Positions 39,735-51,014 of a stretch of 64,000 bases of DNA are shown piece after piece. The notes under the pieces are model-generated. The model searched no databases and was not told the DNA's origin. It worked only from the letters and a program-made list of their open reading frames with translations. The number at the start of each line of letters is the position of its first letter. Positions within the stretch are counted from its first letter, which is position 1. The DNA comes from Bacteroidales bacterium (lineage in GTDB: Bacteria; Bacteroidota; Bacteroidia; Bacteroidales; GCA-2748055), in the NCBI GenBank assembly GCA_021740585.1, contig JAIOZM010000010.1, positions 54 through 64,053 of the forward strand. The letters run 5' to 3'. The translations under genes and the position numbers were made by a program.

Positions 39735-40494
39735 GATAATTTCTTCCTATTCTAAATTCAGTTTTTGAATAGCTTTTATTTTGAATTTCGCTAATGTCCA
39801 TATTAAATTTAACTACATCTCCATTACTAACAAAAGTACCTTGAATAGAATTTAAACCAAAGTCATTTCTTTCAAAAATCATTTTTGTCTCTATCTGTTT
39901 AACATAATCAAAGTACGCCAGGTCGAATAATTGAAGTCGACCCAGGGAGTATTGACATAAAACGCTTTGACCGGGCCCTAATTCTCCCATATAATATAAG
40001 CTGTCTCCCCTTATCTTGCTGTTATTGAAGAAGTTATCAAAGCTGTACTCTTTTGTAGAAATTAATCCTGTGGTAACAATATTCTCCAGAATATCGTAAT
40101 TCAGCAAACTACCAAGATCTTTTTGAATATTTTGAAGGCTTTCAAAATAATATTCTCTATTCAGCCTGTTAAGATATTTTACTGAATCAGAACTCAGCTC
40201 AAACCTCATCATTTCAAAACCGAGTAATTTTAAACTAATAAAAAATTTCTTTCCTTCCTCGAAATAGAAATTCATTTTAGCTCTATTGGTTTCTTTACCT
40301 TCAATTTTAATATTGGCATTTTCTATTAAAATATACTGAGGTTTTTTCTTACTAATGTAAATGTTATGTAATTCCTTTTTTAAAATAGCTTCTTTGCTAT
40401 CTGCCGATACCCTCTTAAACTTAGAGCATGAATTGAAAAAAAACAATATTACTACAAGTCCTAAAATATTTATTTTACTACTTCTCAAAAACAT
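39712..40494 (-). CDS. hypothetical lipoprotein (DUF4292-like by position)
   Basis: Lipobox VILFFFNSC. It sits between the TPR protein and the EnvC-like gene as in the conserved Bacteroidota dut neighbourhood. It overlaps both neighbours (10 and 23 nt). Confidence 0.5.
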   Translation of the reverse strand: MFLRSSKINILGLVVILFFFNSCSKFKRVSADSKEAILKKELHNIYISKKKPQYILIENANIKIEGKETNRAKMNFYFEEGKKFFISLKLLGFEMMRFELSSDSVKYLNRLNREYYFESLQNIQKDLGSLLNYDILENIVTTGLISTKEYSFDNFFNNSKIRGDSLYYMGELGPGQSVLCQYSLGRLQLFDLAYFDYVKQIETKMIFERNDFGLNSIQGTFVSNGDVVKFNMDISEIQNKSYSKTEFRIGRNYHEIKSLF

Positions 40495-42146
40495 ATTTCA
40501 AGTTTTATTTTAATGCTATCAGGATCAAAACCGGCATCTTTGGCTTTAGAATAATATTCGCAAGCCTGTTTTTTATTGCCGGTAATATATAATACTTCAG
40601 CATAATGAAACAAAACATCAGGGTCATTAGACAATTTTGAAGCTTTATTTAAATAGTTAAGAGATTCTTCCATTCTGTTTAATTTAAACAATACCCATCC
40701 ATAAGTGTCAAGATAAACAGGGTTTTCAGGTTCGGCAATTATCGTCTTATAGCTCAATCTTTCAGCTCTTTCCAGATTAATATCTTCAAGAGATAAATAA
40801 TAACTATAATTATTAAGTACAAGAAGATTATTAGGATCCAGGAGTATGAGTTCTTCGAAGTAGGAAAACGCCTCATCAAACAATCTTATTTTATAAGCAC
40901 TCTCCCCAAGAAAAGTCAAAAATTGCATTTGGGTATTGGTTTCGAGTCCGATAATATAATTATCTTTCAATATATCATAAGCCTTTTGAAAATCGTTTTT
41001 CTGATAATATCCAATACCAACAAAAAGATATAAGTCGGATTTATTTGGAAAAATTTCAATTGCTCTTTTACCAATACTTATCATTTCATCACTCAAATTT
41101 AACACGCTGGCGTTATAAATAGCCTGCTGCCATAGGCTATAATTATCGCTTTCTAATTCAAGAAGTATTTTTATTTGAGTAAATGCGTTTTGATAATCCT
41201 CAATTTTAAAATAAAAATCATACGCCACTCTATGTACAATATTTTCCTCTTCGTACAAATTGAGCAAACTTTTTACAAGTTGTTCTGTTTCAATTGTATA
41301 CCTTTTGATAAATTCAACATTTTCCAAATACAAGACAAATGTTTTTAGTTTATTTTCCAAATTAATTACTGAATCTGAAAATGCTTTTTCTAAAAACTGG
41401 AAACCTTTTGATATATCATTATTCTGAATATAATAATCTGCCAAATTTGTGATTGCATACAAATTAGTAGAATCTAACAAATAAGCATCCATAAAAAATC
41501 CTGCAGCTCGTTCTTTTATACCGGCATCGTTAAGATACTCTGCCAGAAGTATATAATAATCAGGCGAATCGGGCAGATATTCTTTCAGCTTCAAGAGTTC
41601 TTTTTCTCCTTTAGTGATTTTGTTTTCCTTCTTATATATTTCCGCTTTTTTTAACAATATGGTTTCCGATATACCATAATTTAATTCTATGATTTCCAAT
41701 TGCTTCCTGGCCTTCTTGAACTCTCTTTGATTTTCATAAATACCTGCCAGAGAGTACCTTAATTTAGGATCGTCCTTTTTCTTCAAATAGATTAATATTA
41801 CCTTTTCAGCTTCACTATATTCTGCTTTGAAATTCAGTATTTCAATATAAGCAATCATATACCAATAATTCCCGGGATCAGAGTTATAAGCCCTTTCGAA
41901 ATATTCATAGGCTTTATCTGGATCGTTCATTGCAATGAAAATGTTTCCCAATTCGTATGCAGCGACACCCGACTCCGGTTTAACAATTAAGCATCTGCTA
42001 TATAAATTAAGTGCCTCGTTCAAATTGCCAATAGCCTTTTGCCTGTTTGCCTCGATAAGGGCGTATTCATAATTATACTCCTTATCGGTCTGAGCGCTTA
42101 ATCCAAGACTAATAACTAAAAATACTATTAATAATTTTGACCTCAT
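40485..42146 (-). CDS. tetratricopeptide-repeat protein (secreted)
   Basis: Start placed at ATG 42146 (MRSKLLIVFLVISLGLSAQ signal peptide), 1 nt after the dut stop. Multiple 34-aa TPR units follow (A..Y..A......P.N). Confidence 0.8.
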   Translation of the reverse strand: MRSKLLIVFLVISLGLSAQTDKEYNYEYALIEANRQKAIGNLNEALNLYSRCLIVKPESGVAAYELGNIFIAMNDPDKAYEYFERAYNSDPGNYWYMIAYIEILNFKAEYSEAEKVILIYLKKKDDPKLRYSLAGIYENQREFKKARKQLEIIELNYGISETILLKKAEIYKKENKITKGEKELLKLKEYLPDSPDYYILLAEYLNDAGIKERAAGFFMDAYLLDSTNLYAITNLADYYIQNNDISKGFQFLEKAFSDSVINLENKLKTFVLYLENVEFIKRYTIETEQLVKSLLNLYEEENIVHRVAYDFYFKIEDYQNAFTQIKILLELESDNYSLWQQAIYNASVLNLSDEMISIGKRAIEIFPNKSDLYLFVGIGYYQKNDFQKAYDILKDNYIIGLETNTQMQFLTFLGESAYKIRLFDEAFSYFEELILLDPNNLLVLNNYSYYLSLEDINLERAERLSYKTIIAEPENPVYLDTYGWVLFKLNRMEESLNYLNKASKLSNDPDVLFHYAEVLYITGNKKQACEYYSKAKDAGFDPDSIKIKLEICF

Positions 42147-42147
42147 T

Positions 42148-42582
42148 TTATTTTTTTCCTGTATGTCCAAAACCACCTTCTCCTCTGGCGCTTTCTTGGA
42201 GAGTATCAACATGTTGCCATTCTATATTTTCATGCCGGCTAATTACCATTTGACAAATTCGTTCACCATTTTTTATGGTGAATTCCTCCTTAGACAGATT
42301 AATTAGAATTACTCCTATTTCCCCCCGATAATCACTATCGATTGTTCCGGGAGAATTCACAATACTGATCCCATGCTTTAATGCAAGTCCGCTTCTTGGT
42401 CTAATTTGAGCTTCAAGCCCTTTGGGCAATTCAATATATAATCCAGTTGGAATTAAAACTCTTTCCAATGATTTCAATACAATATCGGCATTAATGTTTG
42501 CCCTCAGATCAAGCCCTGCCGAAAATTCCGTGCTATATTGAGGCAAATCGTGAGAAGATTTATTTACAATTTTAACTTTCAT
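42148..42582 (-). CDS. dut: dUTP diphosphatase
   Basis: Motifs [28 protein letters not shown] and the C-terminal [10 protein letters not shown]. Confidence 0.95.
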   Translation of the reverse strand: MKVKIVNKSSHDLPQYSTEFSAGLDLRANINADIVLKSLERVLIPTGLYIELPKGLEAQIRPRSGLALKHGISIVNSPGTIDSDYRGEIGVILINLSKEEFTIKNGERICQMVISRHENIEWQHVDTLQESARGEGGFGHTGKK

Positions 42583-44041
42583 TTTTACTATATTTCAATT
42601 TCCGTTCTAAAAAAACAAAAAGAATAAAATACAAAAATAAGGATAAGGTTTTTAAGCCATATAAAATAAACTCATTAGTTATTGAAATATTCTTAAAAAG
42701 GATAAATATTATCAGGGAAGTAAAAATATAAAGTGAAATTCTTTTAAGATCATAATTGATTATATAATACTTTCTTCCAAATAAATAACTTAAAATAATC
42801 ATTGTCAGGTAAGCAAAAAAATGTCCCCATGCAGAAGCCATATATCCCCATTTTGGTATAAATACAATATTAATTATTATGGTTATTGCTGCACCGGAAA
42901 ACACAAGATATGCGCCAAATTTAGTGAGATTTGTAAGCTTATACCAAACCGACAAATTATAAAATATTCCCATAAAAACATTAGCCAAAAGTATTATGGG
43001 TACTATAGCTATTGCCTCTCTAAAATCGGCACCAATAAAGAGCATAAATATATCTAAATATAATACCACAAGAAGAAATATACCCATTGCGGCAAATATA
43101 AAATACTTCATTACATCGGCATAAATTATTCTGGCATTAGAATCATTCATTTTGCTAAAGAAAAAAGGCTCGGCAGCGTACCTGAACATCTGAATGAATA
43201 GTGTCATTAATACAGCAAGTTTAAAATTTGCCCCATAAATACCCAATTGTTCCATAGGAATAAGAGGTGGCTGAGTTAAATATTTCAATAACACACGATC
43301 GATAGCTTCATTAACCGTACCAGCCAAACCAGCAATAAGTAGAGGAAAACTATAAATCAACAGCTTTTTTAATATTGGATATTGAAAATTACCTTCTTTA
43401 TAAAAAATTTCTTTGCATAAAAGGATAGTCTTAACTACGGTAGATAATAGATTGCTTAACAGAACGTATCCTACTCTATAATCGGGATTATAAACTTTGG
43501 AAATCCAATCATAATTGTCGTAATTATTATGACAATAAAGAATAAAAAACCAATTAAAAAATAAATTAACAAGTACTTCAATTATTCTTATAATACTATA
43601 TTTTAAAGCTTTATTTTGAATACGAATCCTTGCAAAAGGAATGGAGGTTAGGGCGTCTAAACCAACAATTATACCCATCCATAGAATATACTTACTACTA
43701 CTTTCATAGCCAAGGACTGAAGCAATTCTTTCATAGAAAATGAATATCAATAAAATAAAGCTTAGGGATGAAACTATTATACTTACCAGAGAGGTTTTAT
43801 ATACATCATTAGCTGATCCATCTTCTTTTGTATAACGAAAATAACCCGTCTCTAAGCCGTAGGTTAAAATTACAATCAGAAATACAACATATGCATACAG
43901 TTCTGTAATAATACCGTAGTCTGCAGGTGAGAATATTCTTGTGTAAAATGGGGTTAATAAAACATAGGTAAGTAAGCGTGGAATTACCACACCCAATCCA
44001 TACACAGCAGTTTGTCCGGCTAATTGTTTAAGGTAGTGCAA
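42572..44041 (-). CDS. MOP-superfamily polysaccharide/oligosaccharide flippase (Wzx-like)
   Basis: 489 aa, polytopic (about 12-14 TM). N-terminus is [24 protein letters not shown] start. It overlaps the dut start by 11 nt. Confidence 0.75.
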   Translation of the reverse strand: MHYLKQLAGQTAVYGLGVVIPRLLTYVLLTPFYTRIFSPADYGIITELYAYVVFLIVILTYGLETGYFRYTKEDGSANDVYKTSLVSIIVSSLSFILLIFIFYERIASVLGYESSSKYILWMGIIVGLDALTSIPFARIRIQNKALKYSIIRIIEVLVNLFFNWFFILYCHNNYDNYDWISKVYNPDYRVGYVLLSNLLSTVVKTILLCKEIFYKEGNFQYPILKKLLIYSFPLLIAGLAGTVNEAIDRVLLKYLTQPPLIPMEQLGIYGANFKLAVLMTLFIQMFRYAAEPFFFSKMNDSNARIIYADVMKYFIFAAMGIFLLVVLYLDIFMLFIGADFREAIAIVPIILLANVFMGIFYNLSVWYKLTNLTKFGAYLVFSGAAITIIINIVFIPKWGYMASAWGHFFAYLTMIILSYLFGRKYYIINYDLKRISLYIFTSLIIFILFKNISITNEFILYGLKTLSLFLYFILFVFLERKLKYSKNES

Positions 44042-44170
44042 TGTCTCTGTATAATTAAGAATAAGATATAATCTGCAAATGTAAAGTTATTCAATTAGAT
44101 ATTGACTTAATTCTGTAATTGTTCATAAAACTTTAAATTATCAAACGTCTTCTGTTACGATAATAATAAT

Positions 44171-44178
44171 TACTTTTG
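44171..44178 (+). promoter_or_regulatory. candidate Bacteroidota -7 promoter box TACTTTTG
   Basis: Matches TAnnTTTG, 42 nt upstream of the PPIase ATG (44220). Single short motif, so low confidence. Confidence 0.3.
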
Positions 44179-44219
44179 CCTTTGCTAATTGGGTAATTTT
44201 CAACCCTAAATCAAAAAAG

Positions 44220-44882
44220 ATGTTTAAAAGATTTCTGTTTTTCCACTTGTTTATAATTATTTCATTGAGTGTTTTTTCTCAAGATAAGAAAGGTGTTATT
44301 GTGGAATTAAAAACAAAATTTGGAGATATTCACGTTTTACTCTATGATGAAACTCCTATGCATCAGCAAAACTTTATAATTCTCGCGAGAGAGGGTTATT
44401 TTGATGGTCAGTTATTTCATCGTGTTATAAAAAACTTCATGATACAGGCGGGTGATCCGAATTCAAAAGCAGCTGCCAAAGGAGAAAGTTTGGGAACCGG
44501 AGGACCGGGTTATACTATTCCTGCAGAATTCCGTCCCAATTTACATCACAAAAAGGGAGCAATTGCTGCTGCAAGAAATGGAGATATGGTTAACCCTGCG
44601 AGAGAATCTTCCGGATCGCAATTCTATATTGTTCAAGGACAGGTTTTTAGTATTGAACAATTAAATGGCTTTGTTAAAATGGGCAGGCATGAACCCTTTA
44701 CTCCGGAAGAAATCGAAAGTTATACCACTATTGGGGGAACCCCTCATCTTGATGGGGCATATACGGTTTTCGGCGAAGTGATTTCAGGAATGGATGTAGT
44801 TGAACAAATTGCCGCACTGTCGACAGACGCGTATGACAGGCCTGTAGATGATATAGTTTTTCAGGTCAAAATTTTAAAATAA
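44220..44882 (+). CDS. cyclophilin-type peptidyl-prolyl cis-trans isomerase (secreted)
   Basis: Signal peptide followed by FHRVIKNFMIQAGDP...GSQFYIV...LDGAYTVFGEV. Confidence 0.9.
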   Translation: MFKRFLFFHLFIIISLSVFSQDKKGVIVELKTKFGDIHVLLYDETPMHQQNFIILAREGYFDGQLFHRVIKNFMIQAGDPNSKAAAKGESLGTGGPGYTIPAEFRPNLHHKKGAIAAARNGDMVNPARESSGSQFYIVQGQVFSIEQLNGFVKMGRHEPFTPEEIESYTTIGGTPHLDGAYTVFGEVISGMDVVEQIAALSTDAYDRPVDDIVFQVKILK

Positions 44883-44890
44883 TACTCTAA

Positions 44891-45910
44891 ATGCATAATA
44901 AAATATCAAAATTCATACAAGAAGCTGAAAGTTTTTCTGCAGAAACTATTGAGCAGATAGAAGCATTCAGGATTAAATTTTTGAGTAAAAAAGGGGTTAT
45001 TTCTGAATTATTCGAGGAATTTAAAATTCTTCCCGGAGAACAAAAAAAAGAAGTTGGACAGTTATTAAATCAATTAAAAAACACCCTTCAAGATAGGATA
45101 AATTCTCTCAAGGATCAGTTGGGCAGTGAAGTTACAACAAGTAATATTCAAGACCTGAGTCTTCCGGGAACTGCAATAAATCAGGGTTCGAGACATCCCA
45201 TTTCCATTGTAAGAAAGGAGATTCTGGATATTTTCTCCAGAATAGGATTTACTGTTTCCGAAGGACCGGAAATTGAAGATGATAAACATGTATTCTCAGC
45301 ATTAAATTTTCCACCGGAACATCCGGCGAGAGATATGCAGGATACTTTTTTTATTGAAAAGAATCCGGATATTTTGCTTAGAACACATACCTCGTCTATT
45401 CAGGTTAGGGTTATGGAAAATACAAGACCACCGATTCGTACCGTTTCACCCGGCAGAGTATTCAGAAATGAAGCGATTTCGGCCAGAGCCCATTGTATTT
45501 TTCATCAGGTTGAAGGATTATACATTGACGAAAAAGTTTCGTTTGCAGATTTAAAACAGACCCTGTTATATTTTGCCAAGGAACTATTTGGAGAAGATAC
45601 AAAAATTCGCTTACGTCCTTCCTATTTTCCATTTACCGAACCTTCCGCTGAAATGGATGTATCGTGCAACCTGTGTGGAGGAAAAGGTTGCAATGTATGT
45701 AAATACACCGGTTGGTTAGAAGTCCTTGGATGCGGAATGGTCGATCCTAATGTATTAGATTTCAATAATATAGACAGCTCCAAATATACCGGTTTTGCAT
45801 TTGGTATGGGAATTGAGCGAATCGCTATGCTGAAATTTCAGATAAGGGATTTACGATTATATTTTGAAAATGATTTACGTTTTCTTGAGCAATTTTCAAG
45901 CGTCGTGTAA
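44891..45910 (+). CDS. pheS: phenylalanine--tRNA ligase alpha subunit
   Basis: Class II aaRS motifs HPARDMQDTFF, LLRTHTSSIQVR, FRNEAISARAH and GFAFGMGIERIAMLK. Confidence 0.95.
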   Translation: MHNKISKFIQEAESFSAETIEQIEAFRIKFLSKKGVISELFEEFKILPGEQKKEVGQLLNQLKNTLQDRINSLKDQLGSEVTTSNIQDLSLPGTAINQGSRHPISIVRKEILDIFSRIGFTVSEGPEIEDDKHVFSALNFPPEHPARDMQDTFFIEKNPDILLRTHTSSIQVRVMENTRPPIRTVSPGRVFRNEAISARAHCIFHQVEGLYIDEKVSFADLKQTLLYFAKELFGEDTKIRLRPSYFPFTEPSAEMDVSCNLCGGKGCNVCKYTGWLEVLGCGMVDPNVLDFNNIDSSKYTGFAFGMGIERIAMLKFQIRDLRLYFENDLRFLEQFSSVV

Positions 45911-46315
45911 AATTATTTCATACTCTATTTCCATAGCTTTTTTATAGGAAATACTTACCCCACAATACCTTTCTTTTGATAAATCAATAGCTTTTTGGAT
46001 CTTATCATAAGGAAGATTTTTTCCTGTAAATTCGTAAATAACCTTCATTTTATGGAAATGCTTAGGATGCTCTTCAGTAAGATCACCTTCCACTTTAACG
46101 TCGAGTTTATCGTAATCAACCCGCATTTTCTTCAGAATTGATACAACATCCATGCCTGTACATCCTGCCAAAGCAACCATCATTAAAGGCTTGGGTCTGG
46201 GTCCCCTGTTATTTCCACCAACACTTTCATTTGCATCTATAATAATTTTATGGCCGTTTACTTCTGTTTCAAAAGCCATTCCATCCATCCATGATAATGA
46301 TATAGTTTCTTTCAT
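45896..46315 (-). CDS. OsmC-family protein
   Basis: GGNNRGPRPKPLMMVALAGCTGMDVVSILKKMR and a C-terminal ...ERYCGVS. 139 aa. It overlaps the pheS 3' end by 15 nt (convergent). Confidence 0.8.
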   Translation of the reverse strand: MKETISLSWMDGMAFETEVNGHKIIIDANESVGGNNRGPRPKPLMMVALAGCTGMDVVSILKKMRVDYDKLDVKVEGDLTEEHPKHFHKMKVIYEFTGKNLPYDKIQKAIDLSKERYCGVSISYKKAMEIEYEIILHDA

Positions 46316-46555
46316 TTTATTTAATTTGTAATTGTTAAGCTCTGTTATTATAAATCGTACTATTAAAATTCTTAAATTTCAATATAATTGTTAGAAGTGT
46401 TTTAAATGATGTTGAAATAAATAATCCAATTGCCTCGTTGATTGGTGTTTCATCATTAAATTTTTATATTTTTATACTTTGCTGGCAAAAGTAATTATTA
46501 AACTCTTTTCCACCAATTTCAAAAGCTCAATTATAGACCATTAACAATAAATAGT

Positions 46556-47245
46556 ATGGATTGCGTGTCAAATTGCCTTTCAAAATCTCATTTCCTTTTT
46601 AAACACCTTAATGATGATGAACTAAATCTGGTTCTTTCTGAAAAAAAAGAAGGTGTGCATAAAAGAGGGAGTGTTTTATACTACGAAGGAAACCGAATTA
46701 ATGGGATTTACTGTATTAATACCGGAATAATAAAAGTATTTAAAACGGGTAACGACGGAAAGGAACAAATTCTTCGTTTTGCCAGAATGGGAGAAATTAT
46801 TGGTTACCGATCGGTACTTTCTTCTGAGTTGGCATGCACCACAGCTGAGGTGATAAATGAAGCGACAAGTTGTTATATACCCGGAGAAATTATAATTGAG
46901 CTGATAAAAAACAATGGGGATTTTGCATTTGAACTAATGCAGCTAACATGCCGGGAGTTGGGAGAAGCGAATTCATACATAACAGACATCGCGCAAAAAA
47001 CTGCTAAAGAGAGACTTGCAGAAATTTTGATTCATTTAAAAGATGAATTTGGAGTTGATGAAAACAATGTACTAAAAATCTCGCTTACGCGTGAGGAATT
47101 GGCCAATATTGTTGGAACCGCTACAGAGTCGATAATCCGAATGCTATCTGAGTTTAAGCATGATAACTTATTAGAAATTAAGGGGCGAGAGATAAAGATT
47201 CTTAATTATTCGGGGCTGGAGAATATTTCTAATTCGTTTTATTAA
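46556..47245 (+). CDS. Crp/Fnr-family transcriptional regulator
   Basis: cNMP-binding-like beta-roll (GSVLYYEGNRINGIYCINTGIIKVFK) and C-terminal HTH (REELANIVGTATESIIRMLSEF). Confidence 0.85.
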   Translation: MDCVSNCLSKSHFLFKHLNDDELNLVLSEKKEGVHKRGSVLYYEGNRINGIYCINTGIIKVFKTGNDGKEQILRFARMGEIIGYRSVLSSELACTTAEVINEATSCYIPGEIIIELIKNNGDFAFELMQLTCRELGEANSYITDIAQKTAKERLAEILIHLKDEFGVDENNVLKISLTREELANIVGTATESIIRMLSEFKHDNLLEIKGREIKILNYSGLENISNSFY

Positions 47246-47246
47246 C

Positions 47247-47388
47247 CTTGTTTCGACTACGCTCAATAACTTGTTCCGGTTTGCTCAATTGCCTGTTTTC
47301 GGCTACGATCAACAATCGTATTTCGGCTTCGCTCAACAACCGTATTTCGGCTTCGCTCAACAATCTTATTTGGTATTTGACCAAGGTG
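47247..47388. repeat. tandem array of six degenerate 23-24-bp units
   Basis: Units: CTTGTTTCGACTACGCTCAATAA / CTTGTTCCGGTTTGCTCAATTGC / CTGTTTTCGGCTACGATCAACAAT / CGTATTTCGGCTTCGCTCAACAAC / CGTATTTCGGCTTCGCTCAACAAT / CTTATTTGGTATTTGACCAAGGTG. Units 4 and 5 differ only at the last base. Confidence 0.85.
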
Positions 47389-47446
47389 CAATATCACAAA
47401 ATAAATGAGATCTTAAAATTCTTATAGAAACAGGGATGTTGATTTC

Positions 47447-48466
47447 TTAAAACAATCTGTCCTGAGAATTTCTAATAATACCAAGATGTTTATAGGATAA
47501 TTCGGTTACTTCCCTGCCTCTGGGTGTGCGTTTAATATAGCCTTCTTTTATCAGGAATGGTTCATAAACTTCTTCTATTGTACCGGAATCTTCCCCTACC
47601 GCTGTGGCAATATTTGTCAAACCCACGGGTCCCCCGCCGAATTTATCAATAATGGTTGTAAGGATTCGGTTATCCATTTCATCCAAACCTGCTTTATCAA
47701 TATTTAAAGCTTGCAGGGCGTGTTTTGTGATGTTTATGTCTATTGTTCCATTTCCCTTCACCTGAGCGAAATCGCGCACTCTTCTCAATAAAGCATTTGC
47801 AATTCTTGGGGTTCCCCTGCTTCTTGAAGAAATTTCGAGAGCTGCATCTTCAAATATTTCCACAGCCAAAATTACGGCTGACCTTTTAACGATTTTTGTA
47901 AGTGTATGCTGATCGTAGTACTCCAACAACGATTTAATGCTAAAACGGGCTCTTAAGGGGCTTGTAAGTAAGCCTGAGCGGGTGGTTGCACCTATAAGGG
48001 TAAAAGGATTTAGGTTTAACTGAACCGATCGGGCACTTGGACCTTTATCTATAAGAATATCGATAGTATAATCTTCCATTGCAGAATAAAGGTATTCTTC
48101 TACGATTGGTGAAAGACGATGTATTTCATCAATAAATAAAACATCTCCATATTCCAGCCCGGTAAGTAATCCTGCCAGGTCACCGGCCTTATCGAGTACC
48201 GGACCAGAGGTAATTTTAATATTTACATTTAATTCGTTGGCAATAATATTAGCCAGGGTGGTCTTACCCAATCCCGGAGGACCGTGGAGAAGCACGTGAT
48301 CGAGAGCTTCTTCCCTCAATTTTGCGGCCTGTACAAAAACCTTCAGATTTTCTATGATTTTCTTTTGTCCCGAAAAATCAGAAAAACTCAGAGGCCTTAG
48401 TTTCTTTTCAAAATCTTTTTCCTTTTCAAACGAATTTTGATCCTGTATATTAAATTCTTCTTTCAA
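47447..48466 (-). CDS. ruvB: Holliday junction branch migration DNA helicase RuvB
   Basis: Walker [12 protein letters not shown], Walker [10 protein letters not shown], sensor and arginine-finger regions, C-terminal winged helix. TTG start. Confidence 0.95.
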   Translation of the reverse strand: MKEEFNIQDQNSFEKEKDFEKKLRPLSFSDFSGQKKIIENLKVFVQAAKLREEALDHVLLHGPPGLGKTTLANIIANELNVNIKITSGPVLDKAGDLAGLLTGLEYGDVLFIDEIHRLSPIVEEYLYSAMEDYTIDILIDKGPSARSVQLNLNPFTLIGATTRSGLLTSPLRARFSIKSLLEYYDQHTLTKIVKRSAVILAVEIFEDAALEISSRSRGTPRIANALLRRVRDFAQVKGNGTIDINITKHALQALNIDKAGLDEMDNRILTTIIDKFGGGPVGLTNIATAVGEDSGTIEEVYEPFLIKEGYIKRTPRGREVTELSYKHLGIIRNSQDRLF

Positions 48467-48468
48467 TG

Positions 48469-50019
48469 TTATTTAATTGTCTTTATTGATCCTTCAGGTA
48501 AATTAATTTTTTCACCGTTTATTCTATATTCTTTATCTTTTTTGTAGGTAATGATCATTTTCAGGTTTCCCAACTCGTCATACTTTTTCCAATTTCTTTC
48601 TCTGACACCCATTTCATAGAATCTTTCTTCCTTAATAACTCCATTTGGATAATAGAAAACATGTTTACCCTGAGCTAAACCCTGAATAAATTTACCTTCA
48701 AAGTGAATACTATTATCCAGATAATAATAGTTCCAGACGCCTTCCCTCAGACCTATAATGTACTTTCCTTTTTCAATATGATCGCCTGAAAAATAATACC
48801 ATTCTCCCTCTTTTTCACCATTAATAAAGTTTCCGGAACTAATTATTTCTCCATTTTCAGCATACTCAACCATTTTACCATCTTCTCTTCCGTTAAAATA
48901 GGATTCTTCCCTAAGAATATTACCTGAAATATAATACCATGTCCAAAAACCATCGGGAAGACCTGCTAAAAACTCACCTTCCTGTTCTTTATTTCCGTTT
49001 AAATAATAATAATTCCATAAACCCGATTTTTGATTATTTAAATAATTTCCCTTTGATCTGAGTTCTCCGGTAGGATAGTATTCCTTCCAGGTTCCAATTC
49101 TTACACCGGTTTCATTCAAAATACCCTCGGAAGTTAAAGTACCAAAATTGTCATAAATTTTTGAATTAACTACATTTCCTTTTCCATCATAATATCTGTG
49201 AACTCCCACCGGAATATTATTTCTGTAACTTCCCTGAAATATTAATTCTCCCGTATTGTTAAACTCGCGTTTAATATCCAAACTTTCCTGCTCCATTATT
49301 GCTTCCTGCTCTTCAATTACAGCACCTTTTTTATATTTGAGCATTAATACGAGAGCTCCTTTATCGTTGTATTCTTTGTAGAGACCATCCATTTGATTAT
49401 CGACATAATAAATTTCTTTATGAAGTTTACCGTTATCGAAATATTCTTTCCATATACCCTGCTTTTTTCCATCACCGTCTTTTCTGTTTACTATCTCTCT
49501 GGCAATTAACAGATTGTTTCGGTATTGCATAATAGTTATTAATTCTGCATTTGTATTGAATTCCTTTGCCTGACCATCTTTTTTCCCATCTTTATAATTA
49601 ATTTCACTTTGAATTGTTCCGTTATCGTAGAAATAAAAAGATTTTCCCTCCTTTTTATCGTTCAGATACAATTCCTGAGAAACAATAATGGGTTCGGAGT
49701 TGTATTTATAAGAGAAAGAATAACTGTATCCATTCTTTTTTCCCGACAAGTAATTTATTTTTTGATCTATTTCACCCTGACTATTGTAGAAGGTCCAGGT
49801 ACTATCCAATAGCATATTTCTCCGTAAACCCTCCGATTTAATAATCCCCGTTGGATAATATGAAATCCAATAGCCATCGGGCTTTCCATTCTTTAATATA
49901 CCTTCACTGGAAACCTGTCCATCGGGATAAAAAAATTGAGTAAAACCATCACTACTATTCTGTGAAAAGCTATAATTAATTATGAATAAGAGTATTACAA
50001 TATTTATAAAATATTTCAC
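48469..50019 (-). CDS. MORN-repeat (YwqK-like) protein, secreted or membrane-associated
   Basis: Signal-like N-terminus, then about 20 repeats of the G.W..Y..NG......Y..G..dG pattern. GTG start overlapping the nadA stop (GTGA). Confidence 0.7.
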   Translation of the reverse strand: MKYFINIVILLFIINYSFSQNSSDGFTQFFYPDGQVSSEGILKNGKPDGYWISYYPTGIIKSEGLRRNMLLDSTWTFYNSQGEIDQKINYLSGKKNGYSYSFSYKYNSEPIIVSQELYLNDKKEGKSFYFYDNGTIQSEINYKDGKKDGQAKEFNTNAELITIMQYRNNLLIAREIVNRKDGDGKKQGIWKEYFDNGKLHKEIYYVDNQMDGLYKEYNDKGALVLMLKYKKGAVIEEQEAIMEQESLDIKREFNNTGELIFQGSYRNNIPVGVHRYYDGKGNVVNSKIYDNFGTLTSEGILNETGVRIGTWKEYYPTGELRSKGNYLNNQKSGLWNYYYLNGNKEQEGEFLAGLPDGFWTWYYISGNILREESYFNGREDGKMVEYAENGEIISSGNFINGEKEGEWYYFSGDHIEKGKYIIGLREGVWNYYYLDNSIHFEGKFIQGLAQGKHVFYYPNGVIKEERFYEMGVRERNWKKYDELGNLKMIITYKKDKEYRINGEKINLPEGSIKTIK

Positions 50020-51014
50020 TTCTTTTTAAATTTCTCTGTTAATTCCAACATTCTTATAATAGATCCTTCAGCTCTTTTTCTTATATTTTCCTCTACAACT
50101 ACCTCCGGCAGTTCATATTTAAGTGTATTATATAATTTTTTGAGAGTAATTAACCTCATAAACTTGCAATCGTTGCAGCCACAAGTGGAGTCTTTAGGAG
50201 GAGCTGCCAAAAATATTTTAGAAGGACTTTGTATTTTCATCTGATGTAAAATTCCCGATTCAGTGGCAACAATATATATATTAGCGCTATCTTTTATAGT
50301 AAATTTTAATAAATCTGAGGTTGAACCAATAAAATCAGAAACTATCAGAATTGGTTTTTGACATTCAGGATGAGCTATTATTTTAGCTTCGGGATTTTCT
50401 TTTTTCAAATCTAAAATTCTTTCCAGAGAAAAATCCTCATGTACATGACAAGCTCCATCCCAGATAATCATGTCTTCCCTGCCGGTTTGAGACTTTATAT
50501 AATTTCCCAAATTTCTGTCAGGAGCAAAGACAATTTTTTCAGTTTTCGGTAAGCTGTTAACAATATCTAATGCATTGGTTGAAGTACAAACTATATCGGT
50601 AAGAGCTTTAATATCGGCAGAAGTATTTACGTAAGAAATTACTGTATGATCAGGATATTTTTTCAAAAATTCTTCAAATTTATCAGCCGGGATTGATTCT
50701 GCCAAAGAACAACCCGCGTTCAAATCGGGTAATAAAATCTTCTTTTGGGGAGATAAAATTTTTGCTGTTTCTGCCATGAAATGTACACCTGCCATTACAA
50801 TAATATCTGCATTTGTTTTGGCGGCTTCCTGTGCTAATAGAAGACTATCACCAACTATATCGGCAATATCCTGAATTTCCCCTTCCTGATAAAAATGAGA
50901 AAGAATAATAGCATTTTTTTCCTTCTTCATTCTTTCTATTTCTTTTATCATATCTACAGATTTATCAACCTCTAAATCGATAAAACCCTTTTTTATTAAA
51001 TCTGTATTTTTCAT
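50016..51014 (-). CDS. nadA: quinolinate synthase
   Basis: ILSHFYQEGEIQDIADIVGDSLLLAQ, VHFMAETAKIL, CSLA... and HPEC blocks. 332 aa. Confidence 0.9.
   Translation of the reverse strand: MKNTDLIKKGFIDLEVDKSVDMIKEIERMKKEKNAIILSHFYQEGEIQDIADIVGDSLLLAQEAAKTNADIIVMAGVHFMAETAKILSPQKKILLPDLNAGCSLAESIPADKFEEFLKKYPDHTVISYVNTSADIKALTDIVCTSTNALDIVNSLPKTEKIVFAPDRNLGNYIKSQTGREDMIIWDGACHVHEDFSLERILDLKKENPEAKIIAHPECQKPILIVSDFIGSTSDLLKFTIKDSANIYIVATESGILHQMKIQSPSKIFLAAPPKDSTCGCNDCKFMRLITLKKLYNTLKYELPEVVVEENIRKRAEGSIIRMLELTEKFKKK

Noticed and set aside
47247-47388. Possible CRISPR array
   Set aside because: The repeat units are directly adjacent with no unique spacers and decay in sequence. No cas genes are in the window.
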